Under the pieces are notes generated by a model. That model searched no databases. It had not been told where the DNA came from and worked only from the letters and a program-made list of their open reading frames with translations. A stretch of 63,809 nt of DNA, filler included, from Thraustochytrium aureum (lineage: Eukaryota): the NCBI GenBank assembly GCA_012862495.1. It is 6 parts of 3 records of this genome, joined end to end, with 100 filler letters (N's around TTAATTAATTAA, not from the genome) between each part and the next. Parts side by side here need not be neighbours in the genome. Positions count along the whole stretch, not along the records: positions 43,769 to 56,639 come from BLSG01000234.1; positions 56,740 to 59,760 come from BLSG01000235.1; positions 59,861 to 63,809 come from BLSG01000235.1; 3 more parts are not named here. The stretch is one strand, 5' to 3'. The translations under genes and the position numbers were made by a program. Each line of letters opens with the position of its first letter. Within the stretch, counting starts at the first letter, position 1. This document shows positions 55,318 through 63,809 of the stretch, in pieces.

Positions 55318-56443
55318 ATCTTTGGTGCGAGCGGTGGCCGCCGAGCGCGGTCTCGAGCTCATCCAGTGGGAGCCGCATGTGGGCTACACGCAGCCGAGCT
55401 ACTTTGTCGCCTACTCTGCGCTGCGCCGGCTCGTCGTTATTTCCGTGCGCGGGACGAGCTCGTTCACGGATATGATCACCGACATAATCCACAAGCCGGT
55501 GCCCTTCGTGAACGGGTCATACACAAACCAGGGCATGCTAGAGGCAGCGCGCTTCCTCATCTCGCGCACCGAGCGCATGCTCCAAGACCTGTTCCTTCCG
55601 CTCAACTACACGATCGCGCTGACTGGTCACTCGCTAGGCGCGGGTACCTGCTCGGTGGCGAGCCTCATTCTGCACTACGAGAAGGGGGTCCCGAAGGACC
55701 GTGTGCGCTGTGTGGCCTTTGCCCCGCCACAAACACTCAATAAGGCCGCTGTTCCGCTCGCCAACGGCTTGGTCTGGGCCGTCGTTCACAACGACGACGT
55801 CATTCCGCGCTGGAGCTTTGGCATCCTCGCCTCGACCTTCTTCGTCTTCCACGAATTTCTCGAGGAGATCGACAAGAACAAGATGACAGTGGCGGAATTT
55901 TACAGCAAGTCCAGCTTTGAGAACCGTGCCGCAGAGATGCGCCACCTGATTCAGCAGCGCGCCAAGGAGAAGGGCGAGCACCGTGACATGCATATCGCCG
56001 GGCGCATTTTGTACATCGTGGACTCGGCCAACCAAGGCTATATTTGGCAGCAAGTCTCAAGCGACCTTCCATCGTTGCGACGGCTGGAGCTCACGCGCCG
56101 AATGGCCTCGGACCACTCGATGGACCTGTACATTCGTGCGATCGACGGCTGCCTCGAAAAGATCGAGCCGGTCACTGGCCCGCACAAACACTTTTCGCCA
56201 GCCCACGCTTCCAGAATCGCTGGTGTTTCTCCTTCAGTGGCTACACCGGCCCGTTCCGACGACGAGGAGCGGGATGAGGGCGACTGTGCCCTGAGGGCAG
56301 GCACGGGCGTGGCGGCCGTTGGCACAGCTGCCATGGCGACGGAATTGCTACAAGATGGCGATCTCGGCCATGCCGATGGTGCTGATGAGGGTCGAGCGCG
56401 CTCGGGACGCGGAGGCCACCCCGCCGAGACTGACGACGAATAG
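55318..56443 (+). CDS. Class 3 lipase (DAG-lipase-like), 5' end in gap
   Basis: VVISVRGTSSFTDMITD, GHSLGAG, AFAPP, VVHNDDVIPR and DHSMDLY give the Ser-Asp-His triad pattern. Confidence 0.9.
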
Positions 56444-56683
56444 GACAAGATGGACAAAATGGAGAAGAACCCCGCGCAAAAAAGCGCTGTTTGTGGCCGT
56501 CGCGGTCGGATCGGAGCGATGCTCGTTTAGGAAGGTGCCGTGCAGCTGGGCTCGCCACATGGCCCGCAGGGACATGCGACGCATGATGTTTGCCTACATC
56601 AGCAGCCGAAGGCTGCTGCGCTCGGTAGGAAGGTTTATCNNNNNNNNNNNNNNNNNNNNNNNNNNNNNNNNNNNNNNNNNNNN

Positions 56684-56695
56684 TTAATTAATTAA
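56684..56695. other. Artificial scaffold linker
   Basis: TTAATTAATTAA between N runs. Confidence 0.97.
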
Positions 56696-56765
56696 NNNNN
56701 NNNNNNNNNNNNNNNNNNNNNNNNNNNNNNNNNNNNNNNGCGCAACGGCGTTGAGGGCGCGCCGA

Positions 56766-57671
56766 TCAGCGACCGATGATGACATCAATCGCGTGCTCGC
56801 CACGCGGCAAGCACTTGCAGTACGCGTCGTTACCGCAGCACGTCTCGCTGCACTTTTGGTTGCGGCATGCCTCCCCTAGCCGCGAGTTGCAAGAATTGCA
56901 CTGCCTTGACTTGCCCAAATTGTAGCACTGCGCCATGGACTTGAGCTCTGTGTTGACACAGCCAATGCCTCCCTTGCAAAAGGTGCACTGGAACGGCGCA
57001 GGCTCCGCAAACTTTTCGGCGTCCTCGCGATCCTGGTACGCTAAAGGCACCAGCATGTTGTCGCTCGTGCAGCCCGCCGCGGTGTTTGGCACGGGGTGCT
57101 GGCAGGGCGACGTGTAGCATCCAGGAAAGTTCTTTCCGCGAAACTTCTTGTTCATCTCCTTGGTCCACCAAACGCAGCGCCCTCCTGTGTGCTGGATTGT
57201 GCAGCGCCCGTTGTTGATGCGAAAGCACGGGTTGTTGTGGCACGTGTGCGTGCGTCGTGGCGTATTTGGCGGTCCGTACCACTGGCACCCGTCATCTACC
57301 TGGCAGCCAGTGCGGCGCTCCTCGTACGAGAGACCCACGTCGTTGTAGACCGAGCAGGTCCCGTTGTTCTGGTTCGGAATGTTGTTGCGGCCTTCGTCCA
57401 GGCACTCGCTGAACGCGCCCTTTCGCGGCAGGTTTGCCACCGTTTCGCAGAGCGCAGCGAACGGGTCTTCCCCGGGCCGGTTGGCACGACGGCGGCGTCG
57501 GCGGCGCCTCTTCAAGTCCCTGATGGTTCGTTTCTCGAGCTGGCGGCCCTGGTCTTCTGTGGCGTCGACGGCAGAGCTTGCCTGACGCGCTGCTTTATCA
57601 TCGGCCTGGCTGGCTTGCGCAACCGAGAGTAGGAGCGCCACGAGGCCAACGATCAGGAGCAGGTGCCGCAT
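56766..57671 (-). CDS. Secreted cysteine-rich protein with poly-Arg propeptide
   Basis: Signal peptide MRHLLLIVGLVALLLSVAQA, a KRRRRRRRR tract, then a densely Cys-rich region with CxW modules. Confidence 0.8.
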   Translation of the reverse strand: MRHLLLIVGLVALLLSVAQASQADDKAARQASSAVDATEDQGRQLEKRTIRDLKRRRRRRRRANRPGEDPFAALCETVANLPRKGAFSECLDEGRNNIPNQNNGTCSVYNDVGLSYEERRTGCQVDDGCQWYGPPNTPRRTHTCHNNPCFRINNGRCTIQHTGGRCVWWTKEMNKKFRGKNFPGCYTSPCQHPVPNTAAGCTSDNMLVPLAYQDREDAEKFAEPAPFQCTFCKGGIGCVNTELKSMAQCYNLGKSRQCNSCNSRLGEACRNQKCSETCCGNDAYCKCLPRGEHAIDVIIGR

Positions 57672-58995
57672 TGTTGAGGGGTTCGCAGGCGAGGGGGCTT
57701 GATGCGAGTGTGCGGTTGCGTTGCGCTCGACAGTCTCTCTCTTGCTCGCCAGAGCTCCACTCGCTAGAGCTCGGAGAATTCGTATCTACAGCAGCAAGTG
57801 GGTTTGCTGGGATCTCGGCTCGCTGCGTACACTTTGGCAGGGCGGCCGTGCAGCTATGTTCGGTACACGACTTCCGGCCAGCAGTTCAGCACGGGAGGGG
57901 GAGGGGCGGTTCGGTGCGCGCGCGGTGCAGGCAGTCGTCTTGGGTTTTCGGCCGCCTTGGAGTGGCCTTTCGATTTTGGGTCTGCCAAACGCACGCCAAC
58001 CGGGCTGGCACGCTTGTTGCAAAAAGATCTAACCTAACAGGCAGCTCAGCTACATCTTAAGTACTTGGATAGGGAGAGTTGGGAGAGCCAGCTCCGCGAG
58101 CCCCATTGGAGCAGAAAATCAACCCACCCGGTTCAGGCACAAGCAACCCCGTAACGCATCTTTTGTCCACTTTCCAAACACGTGCCCTCCAATACATCAA
58201 CAACGCCATGTAGGATTGCAATCCACGCTCGCTTGTCTATGGTTGGACGCACTCGATAGATGGATGGTCGATGGCCCGGAGCGTGCCGCAGTGCCGTTGT
58301 GGTCTTTTCCCTGTTGGCTCTGGCAGTTGAGCAGGCAGGCCACAATGGGACAATTGGGAAAAGCGTCCGGCCGGCCGTAAGTTTTACAAGTCAGTCGATT
58401 CGACGGAGAGGCTGACCTTTCGACAGATAGGTCGATAGATGCCCTGGCCGCGGCGGCCAACGACCAGGACATGCTGGCCTTGCTTGCGCGAGCAAGGCGC
58501 GGAGTTGGCTGTCCAACGCCTGTCGAGTCGCCCAAGGGAGCACCAATTTGGTCTCGGCGCCTTTGAAGGTGCGACCAAGCAGGGCAGACTGGCATGGCAG
58601 CCCCCCCTCTAGGTCCATCGAGGCTCGAGCAACTCGTCAACCACATCACATGCCGGCTGCACGCCTGCGCAGAACCAGCGCAAAAGCTTCGGTTGTCTGG
58701 ACGCTGGAGGTGGGCCTATTTCACAGCCCAACCGCTTTGCCCTTGCAAGACTTGCTCAGTGCCCACGGTCAGCCGGAAGTTTGCAAAATACTTTTGTGGA
58801 TGGTCAATTCGCTAGATCGAGAGTGGCATCCTGTCAGGCGAGAAGCCGGTGCGTATCGCGGCCCACGGCTGAGGCTGGGCGACCAAGGCAAGCGGAAAAC
58901 ACCTGCCCCGGCCAATTCCGTTGCCTGCGCTCGCGCGCGCCTGTCGTTTTCCCTTGATGGAGCCTTTGGCGAGGCTGACGATCTCGACGGACAGA

Positions 58996-59760
58996 CTACA
59001 AATGCGCGTCCCCAAACGGATGTTTGAACACAAACTCAAGTCCGCCAAGGCAACGCGTTTCTCCGTCGCGGATCTTGGCGACTGCGTGTAAACAGTGCAC
59101 TGCACCAGGCCGTTCTCCTCCACTGATAGAGGCGCGCGAAACTCGATGTGCGAGTCGTCGTCGAGGATCACCGTTCGCGCCCCGGTCTCTTCGTTGCAGA
59201 CTAGCCGCTCTTCGCAGTCTAGGCCGAGCAGCGCAACCCAGGCCTGCGCGACGCTCTCGGGATCCTGCACTGCGACGACGGCGCCTGCGAAACCCATCGA
59301 AGAGGAGTGCGCGATCTTGGTGCGCATGTCAGCCTTGGTCCAATCGTTCCCGGCCCACACCCACTTGTTGCGCGGTTTCTGCAGAGCGAGCTCGACAATG
59401 CAGCCCGTGTCCTTCGGATGGAGGTGAAACCCGGCGATACCGTCCGCCACGAACCCTGGGCCGTCCGTCGCGAAGCGGCAGGAACGCAGGTCGTCTTGGG
59501 TCCGGCTTCCTTCGTGTATCGTCTGAAAGCCTCGGTCTCTCGCGACACTCATGGCCTGCTCCATCGCCTCCGGCCCCGCTAACTGGACGATCAACATGTA
59601 CCCTCCCGCGCCGAAGCGCTTGAGGTACCTCTCGGCAGTGGAGGCCGCCCCCGCCTCGGACTCGAGCGGGCTAACAAACTCCAGGAACGAGAGCCCAAAG
59701 GGAGGAGTGCATTTCGAAGGCCAAACTGGTTTATCTCCGGGTCGCGGTAGGTCACAAACG
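58996..59760 (-). CDS. Glyoxalase/VOC-like protein of bacterial type (5' truncated; frameshifts near 59690 and 59048)
   Basis: YRDPEINQFGLRNALLPLG..FLEFVSP, AERYLKRFGAGGYMLIVQ, HLHPKDTG and WVWAG. The corrected C-terminus reads LGGLEFVFKHPFGDAHL-stop. Confidence 0.75.
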
Positions 59761-59804
59761 NNNNNNNNNNNNNNNNNNNNNNNNNNNNNNNNNNNNNNNN
59801 NNNN

Positions 59805-59816
59805 TTAATTAATTAA
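59805..59816. other. Artificial scaffold linker
   Basis: TTAATTAATTAA between N runs. Confidence 0.97.
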
Positions 59817-59860
59817 NNNNNNNNNNNNNNNNNNNNNNNNNNNNNNNNNNNNNNNNNNNN

Positions 59861-62800
59861 GCGGGAAAAGCTACGCCTCAAAATCTGGAACCTGCTCTTT
59901 CGGAACGTGACCCGCACCCTCGACGAGCTGTACTACATGTGCGAGTTTGACAGCGCGGCAGAGAGCTGCCACAAGGCCGAGGACTTTCTGGAGAACTACC
60001 TGTCCGAGTTTCGCGAGCTGCGCGACCGCATCGTTGCACAAACCGAGTTTGCCAATAGCGGCGGCCCTGGCGCTGGCACGAGCCCTGACGCGTCGGCTGC
60101 GCCAGCAGCCGCGAGCGAGACGGACCTGCCGTCACGAGATACTTGCCGCGGCTTGGCTTGGGAGGTCCGCAAAGCAAACGCGTCGCCCTCGCCAGTGACG
60201 CTGCTGTTCGGCTCACGGCTGCGCGAGGGAGCAGACACCCCGGACGAGGACGGAAACACGACGATACTGAAGCGCCGAAGCCTCAAAGCGCTTTCTTTCT
60301 CGTCCACACTGGTGGAGAGCGACTGGGTCGAGCACGACGCCGCGGCGGCCGCCGCTGCAGCGGCCGCCAAGGACTACCGCCGCCTCCCCAAGGCCTCCGC
60401 CTGGGTGAAAAAGCCGGTAATCATCTCAGAAAGCACTGCGGCGACTGATCGTCGGCGATTTTCAACGATCCAACAACAAAACAGCCAGCAATCCAAGCGC
60501 CAGCAACAGCAGCAACAACCCGATGGTGCCCAGCGCTCGAACGCAGACGAGGTCCCCAACGCGAGCCAGGTTATCCTGCGGGCGCCACGGCGCTCAAGCC
60601 AGGACCTGGCCGGCGCCCCGCGGAGTTTGACCGCCGCCGCCCAAGCGGCCAAGTCGCGCTGTCCCGCGCATGACAGCCGGGTCGAGCAGCACTGCGAGCG
60701 TGGGGCAGAGTTCGAAGGACCGCGCGTTGACGATGGCCCGGAGACCAATAGCCCGGCGTCGCCGTCTGGGCCAGATAGCGTTCGCGAGGAGCCGGGCCCC
60801 GTCAGCGCGACAAGGAACAACAACGAGGTCGAGGAGGACGAGGACGGCTGCGATGGCCGCGAGGCTGCTCGCGGGGACGAGCTCGACTCGCCAGCAGAGT
60901 CCAGAAGCTGCGAGGACGACGCTTCGCTTGGAAGCGCCTCGCCCATGGCAAGTCTCTTCGGCCGTGAAGGTGAAGAGGGCGGAGCTGCCCCTGAGTCGGG
61001 CTACCTCGAGGAGGAAGAAGACTTCTCTCTCGAGGACATCATGTCCTCGTCTTTGCGCTGGGGGGACGAGATCGTGGGCCTCACGGAGGAGGCCGTCGAG
61101 ATCGTTTCACCTAGGCGCAAGCGGCCCTGCGCGAGCTGTGGGCGGCACGTCATCGCGCACGAGAACGACTCCAAGTGGTGCTCGGCCTGCGTCTGCAACG
61201 GCCAGGGCGGGCCTGGGGGCCCCGAACGCCTCGTCGCGCGAGCTGATGATGCGCACGCTGCACGAGAAGCTCTCGAGCCCCGAGCGCCGCAAACCGAGTC
61301 CCTCAGAGACCAAGCGGCGCCAGGTCGAAAAGCAGGCCACGGCGAGGCTGAATCGCGAAAAAATAGACCTGCAGCGCCAGGCCAAACTCCGCCTGCAGTC
61401 CTCAAGGCAGGAGCAGGTCGCGAAGACCAAGGAGGAGGGCATCCTCGCGCAAGAGCGCGCAATTAGCGAGCGGCTTGAGCGTGCCGCGGTGGCGCGCGAG
61501 GCCAAGCTGAAGAGCGTTGCCAAGAAGGCCGAGAACGAGAGCCTCAAGGTGAACGAGATCCAGTTCATCAACGAGATGACGGAGCAGGAGAAGAACGCGC
61601 AGCTCGTGCAAAAGCTCGAGGATGGCGAAAAGCGGCGGCGAGAGTTTATCGGGACTATTCGGGGCAAGGCGGAAAAGCAAAACGAGCGTGCTGAAGCGCG
61701 CCGCCTACGCGAGGAGGACAAGGAGCGCCAGCTTCGCGAGGCGATGCAAAAGCGCCACGAGGATGCAGAAAAGCGCAAGGCGGAAGCACTGGAGGAGCAG
61801 CGCCGAAAGCTCGACGAGCGCGTCCTGCAGACGTCGGCCAAGGTGATCGAGCGCCGGTGCGAGATGGAAAAGGAGCGCGAGGCGCGCCTGCTGATCATCA
61901 AGGAGCGCGAAGAGCGAGCTGAGCAGGAACGCATGAAGCACCTCCTTGCCAAACGCGCGGTCAGCCGCGGCAGTATGCCAGGCAGCCCCTCTTCCGCCGG
62001 CTCTGCTTCGCACGCTGCCGCAGTCGGTGGTGCTGCGCAAGACGGCCCCACCAGCACTCACAGCAAGTGCGAGGGCAGTGAGAGCCCTTGCGCGAGCGAG
62101 CAGCTGTGCACGACGCTTGACGCGCGGCCGTCCGCCGTGCCGGGGCGTCGTGCGGGCGAAGATGTAGGGGGGCGTGCCGAGCGCTTCGCCGCGCCATGCG
62201 CTGTCGTCAACAGCAACTGGAGCTTGCGCCGTGGCGACCGACGCGGTGCGTGCCGCCTCCTCGCCTCGGCAGAGGACCTCGAGGAGCGCCGCAAAGCTGC
62301 AGAGGAGGAGTCTCGATCGGCGCGAGAAATGCAAACCTGCGAGCGTCAGATGAAGAAGAAGGCGNNNNNNNNNNNNNNNNNNNNNNNNNNNNNNNNNNNN
62401 NNNNNNNNNNNNNNNNNNNNNNNNNNNNNNNNNNNNNNNNNNNNNNNNNNNNNNNNNNNNNNNNNNNNNNNNNNNNNNNNNNNNNNNNNNNNNNNNNNNN
62501 NNNNNNNNNNNNNNNNNNNNNNNNNNNNNNNNNNNNNNNNNNNNNNNNNNNNNNNNNNNNNNNNNNNNNNNNNNNNNNNNNNNNNNNNNNNNNNNNNNNN
62601 NNNNNNNNNNNNNNNNNNNNNNNNNNNNNNNNNNNNNNNNNNNNNNNNNNNNNNNNNNNNNNNNNNNNNNNNNNNNNNNNNNNNNNNNNNNNNNNNNNNN
62701 NNNNNNNNNNNNNNNNNNNNNNNNNNNNNNNNNNNNNNNNNNNNNNNNNNNNNNNNNNNNNNNNNNNNNNNNNNNNNNNNNNNNNNNNNNNNNNNNNNNN

Positions 62801-63809
62801 NNNNNNNNNNNNNNNNNGGTGCGAGCCTCGGTCACCCGATGGCTCGACAAGCTGGACCAGCCTTCGCGGCGGGGTCCCGCGCTCGAGTCACTCGCGTATG
62901 CGCTCGCTGGCCCGGCTGGGCCCTGCGCGGCAGAGCTATTGGCTTTGCGCGGGGCCGAGGGTGTCGGCGCACTTCTGGGGGCCGAGGCGACTTTGCCGGA
63001 GGCGGTTGCCCTTGAGGCGCTGGCTCGCGCGGTGGAGCTCTGTCCGGTGCTCGCAGAGCGTGTCTTCGAATCGGGCCGCGTTGCTACGATTGTCGACGTC
63101 TGCGTCGACCTTTTGCGTGACGCGAAGGGCGAGAATAGCGTCCCGACTCTGGTCGCTGGCGTTCGACTTCTCCGCGGCCTCTTGTGGTCAGGCTTGGCGC
63201 GGTCGCGGGCGAACGCTGAGCTCGCGCTCTCACTTCAGATGTCCTGTTTGGAGCTCGTGCGGCACTGCTTGTATTCGTCGCTCGTGCTGCGTGTCGGCGA
63301 GCGTTGCACGCAGATCAAATGCGGGCGCCGCTGGATGGGGTGCTCTGGAGGCGTTGGCTCGAAGACGGCATCTGCTGGGTGCACCGCACAAGTCGGCCGA
63401 GCTAGCCTTGGCTGCCAGAACGTGGGCCTGGCGCTTGACATCGTGCGCGCCAGCCTTGGCCTCGTGGAGGGAATGGCGACCGTGGTTTTCGAGTTGTGCG
63501 AGGCGGCGGCCAACCCGTCTGAAGCGGCAAAGACTGTCAAGGTGGCGTTTTGCGAGGCAGCGTTGCAGAGCTCGCTGTTCCGCATTGTGACCCAGCTCGT
63601 GGCAGCCTTTATCGCGGTCGAGGGGCTCGCAGAGGGCGCGCAAGGCGAGGGCGCTCTCGGCGGGTCTTCGGCTGGCGCAACTGGCTGGGGGCTGTTTCCC
63701 TGGGACGACGGGCGGGCCTCTGGCGCTCGCGGCGGGGGCAGGCGATCCGCACGCGGTCCGCTCCAGCGGCTTCGCGAGACCCTCAAGGTTGCGGCGCAGT
63801 CTGGTCTGC
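59861..63809 (+). CDS. SCAPER: SCAPER-like protein (partial; frameshift near 61230; internal gap)
   Basis: IWNLLFRNVTRTLDELYYMCE...EFREL, LAWEVRK and LHEKLSSPERRK...KVNEIQFINEM match the SCAPER N-terminal and coiled-coil motifs. Continuation after the gap is less certain. Confidence 0.8.

Noticed and set aside
57700..58900. Long intergenic stretch inspected for tRNA, snRNA or a mobile element
   Set aside because: No recognisable RNA motif, terminal repeat or credible ORF by eye; a covariance-model scan would be needed to exclude one.
12926..59816. Recurring palindromic TTAATTAATTAA as a biological repeat or transposon target site
   Set aside because: Always embedded in equal N runs and gives stops in all six frames; it is a synthetic contig linker.
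830..61240. Frequent frameshifts as programmed frameshifting, insertional RNA editing or mass pseudogenisation
   Set aside because: They occur in both directions, mostly in short homopolymers, with no shared slippery motif, and hit essential genes such as TSEN2. Sequencing error is the simplest explanation.

Overview
GC-rich, intron-poor eukaryotic draft sequence, not a prokaryotic locus. It is an artificial concatenation of six scaffold pieces joined by N44-TTAATTAATTAA-N44 linkers (segments about 1-12881, 12982-20182, 20283-43668, 43769-56639, 56740-59760, 59861-63809), so neighbourhoods across linkers mean nothing. Many genes carry single-base indels, mostly in homopolymers, that look like sequencing errors. 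Gene content (IFT54, RGS, 7TM receptor, stramenopile-style TIR) suggests a flagellated protist, possibly a thraustochytrid/labyrinthulomycete; this is inference only. Recognisable genes: RRP40, TSEN2, mitochondrial uS5, IFT54/TRAF3IP1, probable RFC1 start, AMBRA1-like, ZIP transporter, UGDH, eIF3i, Cu/Zn-SOD, class-3 lipase, SCAPER-like and two glycosyltransferases. Highlights: (1) a TIR-NACHT-WD40 NLR-like immune receptor with a retained catalytic Glu; (2) on the same scaffold, a signalling cluster of an EGF-7TM receptor, a lipidated cNMP-cNMP-RGS protein and a three-cNMP AGC kinase lacking the Gly loop, with His repeatedly replacing the cyclic-nucleotide-binding Arg; (3) a probable box C/D snoRNA (snR76/SNORD88-like) in the eIF3i intron; (4) a tandem pair of spaced inverted repeats TGACGCAATG-N19/20-CATTRCGTCA; (5) a sacsin-like/BTB fusion; (6) a bacterial-type glyoxalase-like protein with a hidden PTS1-like end. 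All family calls come from reading motifs by eye; no database searches were run.
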